A stretch of DNA of 64,000 nt from an uncultured Acidobacteriota bacterium (GCA_963713825.1 CAVQNG010000034.1:64001-128000); one strand, 5' to 3'; positions 51,016-62,590 are shown, counted from the first letter of the stretch. Program-made: numbers and translations. The notes: generated by a model from the sequence alone, not told the origin.

Positions 51016-52668
51016 ATGACCACGAGAACCGCGATACGGGCTCCACGGGGCACGACGATCAGTTGCAAGGGATGGCAGCAGGAAGCGGCCCTGCGAATGC
51101 TGATGAACAATCTGGACCCGGAAGTCGCCGAGCATCCTGAAGAGCTCATCGTCTACGGCGGTTCGGGCAAGGCGGCCCGCAATTGGGAGTGCTACGAAGC
51201 CATCGTCGACAGCTTGAAGAGATTGGAGTCCGACGAGACTCTGCTGGTCCAGTCCGGCAAACCCGTGGCCATCTTCCGGACCCACGAAGAAGCACCACGG
51301 GTTTTGATCGCCAATGCTCTCCTTGTACCCCATTGGGCAACCGCCGACGAATTCCGGCGATTGGAAGGGCTGGGCCTGACGATGTTCGGGCAGATGACGG
51401 CAGGTTCCTGGATATACATCGGCACCCAGGGGATCCTCCAGGGCACATACGAGACCCTGGCGGAGTGCGCCCGTCAGCATTTCGACGGCTCGCTGCAAGG
51501 CACCCTGACCGTGACGGCAGGTCTCGGCGGCATGGGTGGAGCGCAGCCTCTGGCGGTCACCATGAACGGTGGAGTCTGCCTGGTTGCCGAGGTCGATCCA
51601 AGTAGGATCGAGCGGCGCCTCGAAACCCGTTATCTCGATGAGGTCGCGTCCGACATTGCCTCGGGGGTCGAGCAGGCTCTGGCGGCCAAGCGGCAGGGCC
51701 AGGCCGTTTCTATTGCCGTCGAGGCCAACGCCGTGGACCTCCTCGAGTATCTGGTCGAACAAGAGATCACTCCGGAAGCTCTGACCGACCAGACGTCTGC
51801 TCACGACGCACTGAACGGCTACTTCCCGCATGGGATCTCTTTTCAAGCAGCGTTGGATCTCAGAGCGGCGGATCCTGACCTCTACCAGTCGAAGTCATTG
51901 GCATCCATGGCGGCCCACGTTCGAGCCATGCTGGCTCTCCAGAAGCGAGGCGCCGTGACCTTCGACTACGGCAACAATCTCCGTGGTCAAGCACTGGAGG
52001 TCGGAGTCGAGGATGCGTTCGAGATCGGCGGATTTGTGCCCCTCTTCGTTCGACCTCTCTTCTGTGAGGGCAAAGGACCCTTTCGCTGGGCGGTTCTGTC
52101 TGGGGATCCGAAGGACCTCGCAGTCACCGATGCAGCGATTCTCGAGCTGTTTCCCGAGGATGAAGCCCTCGCCCGCTGGATCCGCCTGGCGCGTGAAAAG
52201 GTGGCGTTCCAAGGGCTGCCGTCGCGCATCTGTTGGCTCGGCTATGGTGAGCGTGCGAAGGCGGGGAAGGCCTTCAACGAGCTGGTGGCTGCCGGCAAAG
52301 TATCGGCACCCATTGTCATCGGCCGCGACCATCTGGACTGCGGCTCCGTCGCGTCGCCGAATCGGGAGACCGAAGGTATGAAAGACGGCTCGGACGCCAT
52401 CGCGGACTGGCCGATCCTCAACGCTCTCTTGAATGCGGTCAATGGGGCTTCCTGGGTGTCGGTGCACCACGGAGGTGGAGTGGGCATCGGCTACTCCCTA
52501 CACGCCGGGATGGTGATCGTGGCCGACGGAACAGAGTCCGCAGCCAGACGTCTCGAGCGGGTCCTGACCGGCGATCCGGGAATCGGGGTGGTAAGGCACG
52601 CCGACGCCGGGTATGAAGAGGCCATCGACAACGCGCGTCGCCATGGCATCGATGTCCCCATGCTTTGA
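51016..52668 (+). CDS. hutU: Urocanate hydratase
   Basis: [46 protein letters not shown]. Confidence 0.97.
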   Translation: MTTRTAIRAPRGTTISCKGWQQEAALRMLMNNLDPEVAEHPEELIVYGGSGKAARNWECYEAIVDSLKRLESDETLLVQSGKPVAIFRTHEEAPRVLIANALLVPHWATADEFRRLEGLGLTMFGQMTAGSWIYIGTQGILQGTYETLAECARQHFDGSLQGTLTVTAGLGGMGGAQPLAVTMNGGVCLVAEVDPSRIERRLETRYLDEVASDIASGVEQALAAKRQGQAVSIAVEANAVDLLEYLVEQEITPEALTDQTSAHDALNGYFPHGISFQAALDLRAADPDLYQSKSLASMAAHVRAMLALQKRGAVTFDYGNNLRGQALEVGVEDAFEIGGFVPLFVRPLFCEGKGPFRWAVLSGDPKDLAVTDAAILELFPEDEALARWIRLAREKVAFQGLPSRICWLGYGERAKAGKAFNELVAAGKVSAPIVIGRDHLDCGSVASPNRETEGMKDGSDAIADWPILNALLNAVNGASWVSVHHGGGVGIGYSLHAGMVIVADGTESAARRLERVLTGDPGIGVVRHADAGYEEAIDNARRHGIDVPML

Positions 52669-55600
52669 GGAGAGACAAGGCTACTCCTGCAGGACTCGAA
52701 TCGCGGGCAGGTAGCCGACTCATGATCAGCAATCTCCAGGCCTTCAGGCGGCAGGCGTGGCTCTTGGCGGCGCCGTTTCTGGTCCTCCTGGCGGGTCTTG
52801 GTCTCTACGCGCTCGCAACTCTTACCGCCGGTAACCCCGACCGCCTTCGGGTTGGCATCGAGAGGGGATACATACGAGCCTGGGAAGGACTCGACCGGGT
52901 CGCCGAACAGGCGGTGTCGAAGCTGGGAGGGCCTCCTACGGACGAACCCGGGCTCCTTGCAGCCTTCCAAACGTTGTCCGCGGTGGCAGTCCAGGCGGAG
53001 CTTCCCGGCCTCTCGATCTACCTGCTCGATCCGCAAGGAAACCCGACAGTCTGGTCTGGCGCTGGGATCGTGCACGACCTTGGACCCCGAGATCCGTTGG
53101 TGCCGGGCAGGGATTTCTTGGCCAGCTTCAGCTCGGTCAGTCTGCTGAGCGTCGTGTCCCTCGAAGGCTCTGGCGCCGGCTGGCACCTGGTTGCAGGAAG
53201 GAGTTTTTCCGTCGATGGGTTGCCGTTCTCGACCTGGATGACAGCGGCTAGAGGCCGGGCTCTCCGATGGTCGATTGTGAAGGAAGGCGCCGCGTCGGCT
53301 GATGAGGACGTGCTGAAAATCGAACCAGCCCATACGCCAGCTCTCCTGGTCGATCTGGGCTCCTTGTCGCGCTCGACCTGGTGGTACTCGGGAGGCAGCG
53401 ACTTGGCGAGGGTGGCTTGGCTGACCCTCGGTCTGCTGCTTCTTGCGCAGGCAGGGTTGCGCTTTCGAGGTGCTGGCCTCGACAGGGAGAAGAGACCCTC
53501 CTCACGGGCCGAGTACCGCCGCCTGGGGATGTGGCTGGCAGCTGGTTTGGCATCTCTCATGTTGGCTAGCGATGGCCCGGTGTGGGCGGTCGCCATGGCT
53601 CCCGCAGGTCTGCTACTGACGGTGTTCGGATTGAGAAGTGCGCCGTTGCACAGCCGGCCCCGTCTTGCCGTCACTGCTGGAGTTGGTGCCGGCGCTGTGC
53701 TCTTGGCGGTGTCGATAGCGGTGCAGAGATATGGAGGAGCGCAGGAGATTGGACTGGGACTGATGGCAGGGTCCAGTGGCCTGGCCATGGGAGTGGCAAT
53801 TTTCGCTCTGGCGCTTGGCCTGCTCTCACTCACAGTCGGAGGTATCGAAGGCGCCACTCCCGTTGCGAGCCGTTGGGCTTGGCTGGCGCTAGCGATCCTG
53901 ATCGTGGCCGGAGCTTCTCAAGACCTGACGTGGGTTGCTGCGGCTGGTGCACTGGTGGCCGGCGCCGCGACGGCGGCATGGTGCTGGACCGGCTTCCGGG
54001 GAGTCCGATCGGCCTCGCTTCTGACCCTTGGGGTCCTGGCGGCAGTGACCGCTGCAGTCCACTGGCAGATCGCCTATCGGATCTGTCGCCTCGATGAGCT
54101 GGAGTCGACGGCTCTGCCGGCTACAGCACCAGCCACACCCGGGGAGCTGGACCGGATCTCTGCGGAGCTGGCCGAGTTCTTCATCGCCAGAAGCGTCGAG
54201 GATTTCGTCGTCGGCGAGCCTTCGGACCTGGAGCGGCAGGATCTGGCATTCGAGGTCTGGAACCGGTCTCCCCTGGCTTCGTACGGTGCTCTGTCAGCCC
54301 TCACCGTGGCGTCCCCAGAGGGGTGGCGGTCGACATTTTCGTTCGGTCTTCCGATGGGGGAGGAGGGCGATCTGGATCCCGCACCTTCGCGTTGGGAAGG
54401 TCTGCGGGTCCCTGGCTGGGAAGAGGCTCTGTTGGGCGGTGACGGATTTCTACTTTTGCACGGCGAGCCTTGGGCGCGAGTCCATTTCTGGTTGGCGCTG
54501 AAGCCGGGGTTTCGTCTCGAGCCCGAAGAGGCCGAGGATTTGGCGGCCGGCTTGTTGCGAGGCGGTCCTGCTGCTCGCGGGCCCACACAGCAGGGGCTGG
54601 GCTCGGCGATCTTCGCGCTCTACGACCGAGATGGAGGCCCTGTGTTGACACCATGGCCGGAGGCCCCGCCTCTGGAAGGCCGACTTCTTCAGGGTGGCCG
54701 CGGAGTGACACGGACTCCTGACGGCCCAGCGGATGTGGCCGCCGCAGCGGATCCAGAAGCTATTCGAGCTCTTCTTCTGCCGCGTCTCGGTCCTCTTGGC
54801 GCACTGGAGAAGATTGGTCTCCAGGTCATGGATGCGATCGCGGCCGTGGGTCTGTTGGGCTTGATCGTCGTCTTGCCCGGTGTGCGGTGGCGAGATCTCC
54901 GAAGTGGTGCTCGCCGCACCTGGCGTTCCTACTCGAAGCGCCTGCTCCTGGTCTATGCCCTGCTGCTGCTCGTCCCTCTCTTGTTGATGAATGGGATCGT
55001 AGTTCGCCTGCTCGAAGAACGGCTACAGGAAGAACAGCAGGCTGCAGGCAAGTCGGCCCTCGAATCTGCACAGCAGGTTCTGGGAGAGTACATCCTCTCG
55101 CTCCAGCCTGGCTTCGGAATCGATGCGGCTCTGGACGACGAGTTGTTGATCTGGATTTCGAGCGTCGTCCATCACGAGGTCAATCTCTACTGGCGCAGTA
55201 ACGTCTATGCCTCGAGCAAGCCCGAGCTGTTCACGGCCGGGCTCCTGCCGAAGCGTATTCCGGGAGAGATGTTCTCCAGGTTGACGCTGCTCGGCTACGA
55301 GGTCTCCTCCCGCATCAACCGCGCGGGGGATGTCGAGTATCTGGAGCTCTACGCCCCTCTCACTGTGCCTGGGGTACCCCTTGGCCAGAGTCGGCTGTTC
55401 CTGTCGATTCCGCTGCTGGCTCAACAGGAGGAGACCGAAGCGGAGATCGCAGCGATACGACGTGCAGCGGTTCTGGGAACATCGATTCTTCTGCTTGTGG
55501 TGGCGGCGTTGGGCAGCCGATTGGCGCGCGGATTCACGAATCCCCTGATGGAGATCGTCGAGGGCACGCAGCGTATCGCCGGGGGAGAGACGTCGCTGCA

Positions 55601-56711
55601 ACTGAACCCTACCGAGCTGGAATTGGCAACGCTCGTCGAGGCCATCGACCGCATGGCCAGTCGGATCGCGGAGGGGAGGAGGCTGATTCTCCGCGAAAAG
55701 CACGTGGTCGAGATGGTGGTCGACAACATCACAGCGGGTGTTGTCTCCTTGGATGGAGAACGTCGGGTGCTGACAGCGAATCGGGTGGCCCTCGAGCTCT
55801 TGGCCTGCGAGGTCGGCAGCTCGATCGAGGCGGCGCTCGACTCCGATTCTCGACTCGAGCCGATTTCTACTTGGCTGAGTCGCGCCGGCAACCGGCTGCT
55901 CCAAGAAACAGTGCATCTGGAAGACCCCGACTCGGAGGAACGTCAGGAATGGTCCCTGGTCTGGGCACCTCTTCCGGGCCCAGGTGAGCCCTCGGCTCTT
56001 CTCGTCGTGGAGGACGTGACCGAGGTTCTTCGAGGTCAGCGTTTGCAGGCCTGGGCCGAAATGGCGCGCATGATTGCCCATGAAATCAAGAACCCGCTGA
56101 CGCCGATCCGCCTCTCTGCGGAGCATCTGCGCGAGGTCTATGCCAGCGACCCACAAAACCTGGAGAGCGTCTTCGAAAGTTGCACCACCAACATCTTGAA
56201 GCAGGTGGGGGAGCTGCAGGAGATCGCCAGCGAGTTTTCGACCTACAGCAGAATTCCCAAGATGGATGCGACGCGTGGTGATCTGCTCGAGGTCGTGCAG
56301 GAAGTCGTCGATGCCTACCGGACGGCTCCGCCCCGGGGTGTCGAGATCTCGCTCGCGACGACACACGACACTGTGACCGCCGACCTCGACAACAGGCTCG
56401 TGAGTCGCGCGCTGCGCAATCTCATCGAAAACGCCCTCAACGCGACTCCAGCCGGGGGCAAGGTGGAGATCCGGGTCGAGGTCGAAGATGGCCTGGCGAG
56501 GATCTCCGTTGCCGACAGTGGTCCCGGCGTAGAGCAGGAGTTGCTGGCGCGGATTTTCGAGCCCTACTTCTCGACGCACGACTCGGGCACCGGTCTGGGT
56601 TTGCCCATCGCCTGTCGCATAGCAGAGGAGCACCACGGAGGGGTTACAGCTCACAATCGACAGGGGGGCGGATTGAAGGTAACGCTCAGCCTGCCTCTTG
56701 CAGCCGACTAG
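52665..56711 (+). CDS. Very large multi-TM NtrY-like sensor histidine kinase (HAMP-PAS-HisKA-HATPase)
   Basis: [22 protein letters not shown]-box, NLIENA, DSGPG, FEPYFST, GTGLGL. Many hydrophobic segments in the N-terminal part. Alternative start ATG 52722. Confidence 0.9.
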   Translation: MRRDKATPAGLESRAGSRLMISNLQAFRRQAWLLAAPFLVLLAGLGLYALATLTAGNPDRLRVGIERGYIRAWEGLDRVAEQAVSKLGGPPTDEPGLLAAFQTLSAVAVQAELPGLSIYLLDPQGNPTVWSGAGIVHDLGPRDPLVPGRDFLASFSSVSLLSVVSLEGSGAGWHLVAGRSFSVDGLPFSTWMTAARGRALRWSIVKEGAASADEDVLKIEPAHTPALLVDLGSLSRSTWWYSGGSDLARVAWLTLGLLLLAQAGLRFRGAGLDREKRPSSRAEYRRLGMWLAAGLASLMLASDGPVWAVAMAPAGLLLTVFGLRSAPLHSRPRLAVTAGVGAGAVLLAVSIAVQRYGGAQEIGLGLMAGSSGLAMGVAIFALALGLLSLTVGGIEGATPVASRWAWLALAILIVAGASQDLTWVAAAGALVAGAATAAWCWTGFRGVRSASLLTLGVLAAVTAAVHWQIAYRICRLDELESTALPATAPATPGELDRISAELAEFFIARSVEDFVVGEPSDLERQDLAFEVWNRSPLASYGALSALTVASPEGWRSTFSFGLPMGEEGDLDPAPSRWEGLRVPGWEEALLGGDGFLLLHGEPWARVHFWLALKPGFRLEPEEAEDLAAGLLRGGPAARGPTQQGLGSAIFALYDRDGGPVLTPWPEAPPLEGRLLQGGRGVTRTPDGPADVAAAADPEAIRALLLPRLGPLGALEKIGLQVMDAIAAVGLLGLIVVLPGVRWRDLRSGARRTWRSYSKRLLLVYALLLLVPLLLMNGIVVRLLEERLQEEQQAAGKSALESAQQVLGEYILSLQPGFGIDAALDDELLIWISSVVHHEVNLYWRSNVYASSKPELFTAGLLPKRIPGEMFSRLTLLGYEVSSRINRAGDVEYLELYAPLTVPGVPLGQSRLFLSIPLLAQQEETEAEIAAIRRAAVLGTSILLLVVAALGSRLARGFTNPLMEIVEGTQRIAGGETSLQLNPTELELATLVEAIDRMASRIAEGRRLILREKHVVEMVVDNITAGVVSLDGERRVLTANRVALELLACEVGSSIEAALDSDSRLEPISTWLSRAGNRLLQETVHLEDPDSEERQEWSLVWAPLPGPGEPSALLVVEDVTEVLRGQRLQAWAEMARMIAHEIKNPLTPIRLSAEHLREVYASDPQNLESVFESCTTNILKQVGELQEIASEFSTYSRIPKMDATRGDLLEVVQEVVDAYRTAPPRGVEISLATTHDTVTADLDNRLVSRALRNLIENALNATPAGGKVEIRVEVEDGLARISVADSGPGVEQELLARIFEPYFSTHDSGTGLGLPIACRIAEEHHGGVTAHNRQGGGLKVTLSLPLAAD

Positions 56712-56840
56712 CATCGGTGCGACTCCTGCAATGGAAGACACCGCTCCAGATTGCGATACGATCGGTCCCCGTTGAGGCCGGCGCGCCGGTGCGGTCGGCC
56801 GTACCCATCCGAAAACAGCTCAGATAAGAGGGGCTCCTTC

Positions 56841-59363
56841 ATGCGACGCATCTTTCTGCTGGCCACAATTCTGCCCATGATCGTTGGTTGTGCCTCAGTG
56901 GGTACACAGACCGTGGACAACTCGAGCACAGCTCCCGAGAGCTCCACCGAGGCAAGTGAAGCCGAGGGTCACGAGGGCCTCCTGACGATGCAGTTCGAGC
57001 GCCAGGCGGGGAAGGTGTGGCTCGACCTGCCCGGCGGTCTCGAGGAAGGTGAGGAGCTCGGGTCGTTCCTCTACGTCGAGGGTCTGGTAGCTGGTCTGGG
57101 TTCCAATCCAGTGGGCTTGGATCGGGGCCGCATCGGCAGCACGCGGGTGATCAGTCTCCGTCGCCAGGGCAACAAACTCCTGGTGGTCGAGCCCAACCTC
57201 CGTTACCGGGCACTCACGACGGATGACTGGCAGGTGAGGGCCACAGAGGAGTCCTTCGCCACTTCGGTGCTATGGGCTGGAGAGATCGAATCCAAGAGCG
57301 TTGGTGGCGGCAACCGTGTGGACTTCACCGGCTTCCTGGTCAGGGATTCACATGGGGTCGTCTCCACCCTGAGGGACTCCGAGCAGGGAATTTTTGCTCT
57401 GGATGAGAGCCGGAGCGCAGTCGACTTCAACGCCTGCTACGTGTTTCCCGACAACGTGGAAATGGAAGTCCTGCTCACCTACACCTCCGATGAGCCCGGA
57501 AGCGAGGTGGCGCGAACGGCACCGACTCCGGGGAGCTTCTCGTTGGTTCAGCATCACTCCCTGGTTCGACTCCCGGACGACGGCTACCGCCCCCGGCGTT
57601 TCGATCCCAGAGCAGCCTCCTACGAGATTCGATTTGCCGACTACGCGGCCGCCCTCGATGAGCCGATCGACCGGCGCTGGATCGCTCGCCATCGCTTGGA
57701 GAAAGTCACCCCCGGTGCCGGGAGCTCCGCCGTGGTTGAGCCGATCGTCTACTACGTGGACAGGGCGATTCCCGAACCGGTGCGCAGTGCCGTCGTCGAG
57801 GGAGTCAGCTGGTGGGCCGAGGCCTTCGAGAAGGCAGGCTTCCAGGATGCCTTTCGCGTCGAGGTCCTTCCAGAAGGCATTCATCCGTTCGACGTGCGCT
57901 ACAACGTCGTGCAATGGGTCCATCGCGAAACAAGGGGATGGTCCTACGGCGGTGGGGTGACCGATCCGCGCACCGGCGAGATCATCCAGGGTCATGTTCG
58001 CCTCGGGTCGCTGCGGGTGCGTCAGGATCGACTCCTGTTCGAGGGCATGGCGGGCACCGACAAGACGGGCAGCGGTGCTGCTGATGACCCTGTCGAGCTG
58101 GCGCTGGCTCGTATCCGCCAGCTGGCGGCCCACGAGGTTGGCCACACGCTGGGCTTGGCGCACAACTTTGCCGCCAGTACCTATGCCGGTCGAGCTTCGG
58201 TGATGGATTATCCGGCACCTCTGGTGCGCCCAGTCGGAGGCGACGAGCTGGATTTCAGCCAGGCCTACGGCGTTGGAGTCGGTTCCTGGGACCTGTTTTC
58301 CATTCGTTTCGCCTACAGCGAGTTCGCCCCTGGAGCTGACGAGGAAGCCGAGCTCGAGAGCATGATCGCGGCGGCTCTCGACGCCAATCACATCTTTCTG
58401 ACGGACCAGGATGCGCGCCCCGCGGGTGCGGCCCAGCCGCTGGCGAATTTGTGGGACAACGGCAGCGACCCTGTGGCGCAGTTGCGCGAGGAGATGGAGG
58501 TTCGGCGCATCGCGATGCAGCGGTTTGGCCCTGGCAATGTTCGGCTCGGGACCCCCCTGGCGCTCCTGCACGAGGTCTTCGTGCCCCTCTATTTCCACCA
58601 CCGCTATCAGGTCACGGCCACGGCCAAGATGCTGGGCGGAGTCGACTACCGCAATGCCGTTCGGGGTGATGGCCAGCCTCTTGCTTTGCCAATATCCGCC
58701 TCCCAGCAGAGAGCTGCTCTGGAGGCCCTGCTGGAGACCCTGAACCCACAGGCTCTGGACACCCCCGAGTCGGTATTGCAGCTCCTGATGCCGAGACCAG
58801 CTGGGTACGGTCGGAATCGGGAAATGCTCACCGGGGGTACCAATCCGATGTTCGACGCTTTGGGAGCCGCAGGCACGGCCGCCGATATGACTCTGGCTGC
58901 CCTGCTGCAGTCGGAGCGCGCTGCTCGCATGGTGGACCAACATCGCCGCGACGCCTCCCAGCCTGATTTTTCGGAAGTCCTCGAAGCCGTCGTTGCAGCG
59001 TCTTTCGCGGACGGTGTCGAGTCGGAGCGGCTCGCCGGAATCCAGAGACGCATCCAGGAGGTTGTCGTGCGGCGCTTGATAGTTCTGTCCGAAGACCCCG
59101 GTGCGGCTGGTGGGGTGAGGGCACAGGTCGACTGGCAGCTGGGTCGGATTCTCGAACGTCTCGAGGCCCTGGAGGCAATCGAGTCCCCAGAGGGAGTCCA
59201 GGCGGCCTATCTGGCGCTTGCGATCCGGCGTCATCAGAACCCGGCGGCCGAGAGGGCCGTGAGCCCTCCGACGGCCTCGCCGCTGCCTCCTGGTGATCCC
59301 ATCGGCGGGTTCTCGGGCGTTAGAGCGGGGTGCTCTTGGAGCGAGTCAGTGGGCAGCTGGTAG
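56841..59363 (+). CDS. Zinc-dependent metzincin lipoprotein (DUF5117/DUF4953, EcxA-like)
   Basis: Lipobox MRRIFLLATILPMIVG-C; HEVGHTLGLAHN plus Met-turn SVMDY. Confidence 0.88.
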   Translation: MRRIFLLATILPMIVGCASVGTQTVDNSSTAPESSTEASEAEGHEGLLTMQFERQAGKVWLDLPGGLEEGEELGSFLYVEGLVAGLGSNPVGLDRGRIGSTRVISLRRQGNKLLVVEPNLRYRALTTDDWQVRATEESFATSVLWAGEIESKSVGGGNRVDFTGFLVRDSHGVVSTLRDSEQGIFALDESRSAVDFNACYVFPDNVEMEVLLTYTSDEPGSEVARTAPTPGSFSLVQHHSLVRLPDDGYRPRRFDPRAASYEIRFADYAAALDEPIDRRWIARHRLEKVTPGAGSSAVVEPIVYYVDRAIPEPVRSAVVEGVSWWAEAFEKAGFQDAFRVEVLPEGIHPFDVRYNVVQWVHRETRGWSYGGGVTDPRTGEIIQGHVRLGSLRVRQDRLLFEGMAGTDKTGSGAADDPVELALARIRQLAAHEVGHTLGLAHNFAASTYAGRASVMDYPAPLVRPVGGDELDFSQAYGVGVGSWDLFSIRFAYSEFAPGADEEAELESMIAAALDANHIFLTDQDARPAGAAQPLANLWDNGSDPVAQLREEMEVRRIAMQRFGPGNVRLGTPLALLHEVFVPLYFHHRYQVTATAKMLGGVDYRNAVRGDGQPLALPISASQQRAALEALLETLNPQALDTPESVLQLLMPRPAGYGRNREMLTGGTNPMFDALGAAGTAADMTLAALLQSERAARMVDQHRRDASQPDFSEVLEAVVAASFADGVESERLAGIQRRIQEVVVRRLIVLSEDPGAAGGVRAQVDWQLGRILERLEALEAIESPEGVQAAYLALAIRRHQNPAAERAVSPPTASPLPPGDPIGGFSGVRAGCSWSESVGSW

Positions 59364-59393
59364 GGCAGGCCCGTGGTAAGGTAGCTCGCGATC

Positions 59394-61376
59394 GTGAGTC
59401 AGAAAAAGCTGTCATCGAAGGCCTACGAGTTGAAGCCGGGTGAGAAGTATGTCCCGTTCACAGCGGGGCAGACGCTGCCGGAGTTCACCTTCAAGGCGGC
59501 GATTTCGGGCATCCTCCTCGGTGTCATCTTCGGGGCCGCGAATACCTACCTGGGGCTCAAGGCCGGTCTGACCATCAGTACCTCCATCCCGGTGGCGGTC
59601 TTGACGGTCGTGGCGTTTCGGCTGTGGGGTGCCTTTGGCGGCAAGCACAGCATTCTGGAAGCCAACATGTCGCAGACCATCGGCTCTGCCAGCTCTTCGG
59701 TGGCGTCCGGTGTGCTGTTCACGATTCCCGCCCTCTTCATCTGGGGTATGAACCCGGCCTGGCGTCAGATAACGCTGTTGGCGATGTGCGGCGGATTGAT
59801 CGGTGTGTTGGCGATGATTCCCTTGCGGCGCTATCTCATCAAGCGCGAGCACGGAGTCCTGCCGTATCCCGAGGGTCTGGCCTGTGCCGAGGTCCTGGTT
59901 GCGGCGGAGAGCGGCGGTCGGCAGGCGGCACCTGTCTTCTGGGGTATCGGCGTGGGAATGCTGTTCAAGCTGATCACCGATGGCTTCCGGATCGTGCACG
60001 ACGAGTTCGAGCAGGTCCTGGCTTTCAAGGCGAACCTGGCGATCGCCGTTTCACCGGCTCTGATCGGCGTCGGGTACATCCTGGGAATCCGCATCGCCAC
60101 GGTAATGGTCGCCGGCGGCGCGCTGTCGGCTTTTGTGATCATTCCCCTGATCAACTTGTGGGGGAGCGGGCTTGCGGAGCCACTCTTCCCCGAAACGCAA
60201 AAGCTCATCGTCGACATGAGCGCTGGTCAGATCTGGAACCGCTATGTGCGCTATATCGGGGCTGGAGCGGTGGCAACCGGCGGCATCATTACCCTGGTCA
60301 AGTCGATTCCGACGATGATCGAGTCCTTCAAGCTGGGTGTGGCGCAGATTGGCAAAAGTAGTGGCGCCCAGGCGGTGGATCGTACGGACCAGGATCTCTC
60401 CTACAGGTTCATGCTGTTGGCCCTGCTTGGAATCTTGGCGGTGTTGACTTTCGTGCCGGGAATTCTGGGTTATCTCGACTCGATAGCGGCGCGAGCAGTC
60501 GCCAGCGTCGCCATTGCTGTTTTCGCGTTCTTCTTCGTCACTGTGAGCTCACGAATCGTCGGGCTCGTCGGCGTCACCTCCAACCCAACTTCTGGGATGA
60601 CCATCGCCACGCTGCTCGGTACCAGCCTGATCTTCTACCTGTTGGGATGGACCGATATGGCCGGCAAGGCGACAGCCCTGATGGTCGGCACCGTGGTCTG
60701 CATCGCCGCATCGATCGCCGGTGATACGTCACAGGACTTGAAGACGGGGTTTCTCCTGGGGGCGACGCCACGCAAGCAGCAGATCGGAGAGCTGATCGGC
60801 GTCATTACATCGGCCGGCGTCGTCTGTGCCGTTGTGATGATGCTGAACAACACCGTCGAGGGTGGGTTGGGGGGTGCCGAACTGCCGGCGCCGCAGGCCG
60901 TTCTGATGGCGCTGGTCATCGACGGGGTACTGGATCAGAACCTTCCCTGGACCCTCATCCTCATCGGCGTGGCGATAGCGGGCGTGGCGGCGCTGTTCAA
61001 GGTTCCCGTGCTGGCCTTCGCTGTCGGTGTCTACCTGCCTCTGTCCACCATGGCTGCGGTCTTCCTGGGCGGCTTGGTGCGTTGGTGGCTGACCAGGGCA
61101 GCCGACCCGGCTGTCGCCGAGCACAGGCGAGAGCAGGGCGTCCTTTTCGGTTCCGGTCTGGTCGGTGGGGGCGGCCTCACGGGTGTGCTGCTGGCGATCT
61201 GGGTGGGTATGCGAGGTGGTCGCCGGATCGAAGGCTTCTCGGAAGTCATCTCCGAGCGAGCTGGCAACGTGATGGCCCTCTTGGCCATCTTCGCAATACT
61301 CGGCTTGATGGCTTTCTTCGCGAGCCGCGGATCTCCGGCGGATGACGATGGTCGGGCCGGCGACGAGTCGCAGTGA
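59394..61376 (+). CDS. OPT family oligopeptide transporter
   Basis: YLGLKAGLTISTSIP, ILEANMSQTIGSA, LPYPEG, SNPTSGM, QDLKTGFLLGATP, LPAPQA. Confidence 0.93.
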   Translation: MSQKKLSSKAYELKPGEKYVPFTAGQTLPEFTFKAAISGILLGVIFGAANTYLGLKAGLTISTSIPVAVLTVVAFRLWGAFGGKHSILEANMSQTIGSASSSVASGVLFTIPALFIWGMNPAWRQITLLAMCGGLIGVLAMIPLRRYLIKREHGVLPYPEGLACAEVLVAAESGGRQAAPVFWGIGVGMLFKLITDGFRIVHDEFEQVLAFKANLAIAVSPALIGVGYILGIRIATVMVAGGALSAFVIIPLINLWGSGLAEPLFPETQKLIVDMSAGQIWNRYVRYIGAGAVATGGIITLVKSIPTMIESFKLGVAQIGKSSGAQAVDRTDQDLSYRFMLLALLGILAVLTFVPGILGYLDSIAARAVASVAIAVFAFFFVTVSSRIVGLVGVTSNPTSGMTIATLLGTSLIFYLLGWTDMAGKATALMVGTVVCIAASIAGDTSQDLKTGFLLGATPRKQQIGELIGVITSAGVVCAVVMMLNNTVEGGLGGAELPAPQAVLMALVIDGVLDQNLPWTLILIGVAIAGVAALFKVPVLAFAVGVYLPLSTMAAVFLGGLVRWWLTRAADPAVAEHRREQGVLFGSGLVGGGGLTGVLLAIWVGMRGGRRIEGFSEVISERAGNVMALLAIFAILGLMAFFASRGSPADDDGRAGDESQ

Positions 61377-62224
61377 CCACTGAGTGGCGTATCGAGCAAC
61401 CGAACCACACCAGCAACAAAGCTGTGCTCAAAGGCGGCGTTCTAGCAGGTATCGCTGTGATGGCTTTGATGCTGTCTTTGTCGGTTTGTGCCGAGGAGAA
61501 GTCAGCGGCTCCGAGTGAAGTACTCCGTCTAGGAGTGCAGGTTCGTGAGGTTCGGCCCCACGATTCCGGAGCGTTCACCCAGGGCTTGCTGTGGAGCGAG
61601 GGGAAGCTCTATGAGAGCACGGGCGAGTACGGAGAATCCTCTCTCCGGCGAGTCGATCCGGTTTCAGGCGCAGTGGAGAAGCAGGTCTCCCTGCCGGCTG
61701 ACCTGTTCGGGGAAGGCTTGGCCCTGGTCGATAACAGATTGATCCAGCTCACCTGGCAGCGTGGGCTTGCCCTGGTGTACGACCTGGAAACGTTCGAGGT
61801 GATCGATCGCTACTCCTATGAGGGAGAGGGTTGGGGCCTGTGCGACGACGGCTACCGGCTGTTCATGAGCGATGGCACCGCAACGCTGTCTCTGCGAGAC
61901 CGTGATTCCTTCGAGGAAATGGATCGACTGCAGGTCACGCTCGAAGGACGGGCGCTGGGCGCTCTGAACGAACTGGAGTGTGCCGAAGGTTGGGTCTATG
62001 CGAACGTCTATCAGACCGATGCGATCGTCCGCATCGATCCGCAGACGGGTGAGGTCGGAGCGGTCATCAACGCCGCAGGCCTGCTGAGTCCAGAGGAACA
62101 GGCGGCAGCCGAGGTGCTCAACGGCATCGCCTACCGCAGTGACACGAGTTCCTTCTTGTTGACGGGAAAGTACTGGCCTTCGATGTTCGAGGTCGAATTC
62201 ACCCCACCGGCGTCTCGACCTTGA
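61373..62224 (+). CDS. Glutaminyl-peptide cyclotransferase (plant/bacterial beta-propeller type)
   Basis: AFTQGL, LYESTG, FGEGL, EGWGL, LNELE, VLNGIA, TGKYW. N-terminal signal/anchor segment. Confidence 0.9.
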   Translation: MTTEWRIEQPNHTSNKAVLKGGVLAGIAVMALMLSLSVCAEEKSAAPSEVLRLGVQVREVRPHDSGAFTQGLLWSEGKLYESTGEYGESSLRRVDPVSGAVEKQVSLPADLFGEGLALVDNRLIQLTWQRGLALVYDLETFEVIDRYSYEGEGWGLCDDGYRLFMSDGTATLSLRDRDSFEEMDRLQVTLEGRALGALNELECAEGWVYANVYQTDAIVRIDPQTGEVGAVINAAGLLSPEEQAAAEVLNGIAYRSDTSSFLLTGKYWPSMFEVEFTPPASRP

Positions 62225-62486
62225 GCATCCTTGCGAGGACCTGGCGCATCTTGTCGGGCAGGTCCAGATCGGGGAAGACGTCGCGCACTTCGTCACGACT
62301 GACGTAGAGCCAGATGTCATCCCATTGGGCGTAGCGCAGCATGTTCGAGATTGCCCAGAGGCGCTCTTCCTGGGTGCCCTTTTCGAGGATTCGCTTCAAC
62401 TCCTGCGGACTGATACTCCGGTCCGGGAAGAAGTAGAGAGGTTGCGACTTCTCTTCGATCTGCGGTTTCTGGTCGTTGGCCGTCAT
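62199..62486 (-). CDS. Small conserved-looking hypothetical helical protein
   Basis: 95 aa, AGGGGAG RBS, own TTGATC-16-TATACT promoter; motif YFFPD...ERLWAISNMLRYAQWDDIWLY. Confidence 0.75.
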   Translation of the reverse strand: MTANDQKPQIEEKSQPLYFFPDRSISPQELKRILEKGTQEERLWAISNMLRYAQWDDIWLYVSRDEVRDVFPDLDLPDKMRQVLARMLKVETPVG

Positions 62487-62497
62487 CGCTCCCCTGC

Positions 62498-62525
62498 AGT
62501 ATAACTCGGCTGGATGGTCGATCAA
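62498..62525 (-). promoter_or_regulatory. Sigma70-type promoter for the small hypothetical gene
   Basis: Minus strand TTGATC-16 bp-TATACT. Confidence 0.5.
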
Positions 62526-62537
62526 CCGACCGGCGAC

Positions 62538-62566
62538 TTGACGATGGGGTGTGGGTCGGCTAGATT
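62538..62566 (+). promoter_or_regulatory. Sigma70-type promoter for tRNA-Gly
   Basis: TTGACG-17 bp-TAGATT, 24 bp upstream of the tRNA. Confidence 0.65.
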
Positions 62567-62590
62567 TTTGATCGCTTTGGGAGTTCCTGA

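Noticed and set aside
55023-59234. 572-aa and 628-aa minus-strand ORFs
   Set aside because: Antisense shadows of the kinase and the metalloprotease.
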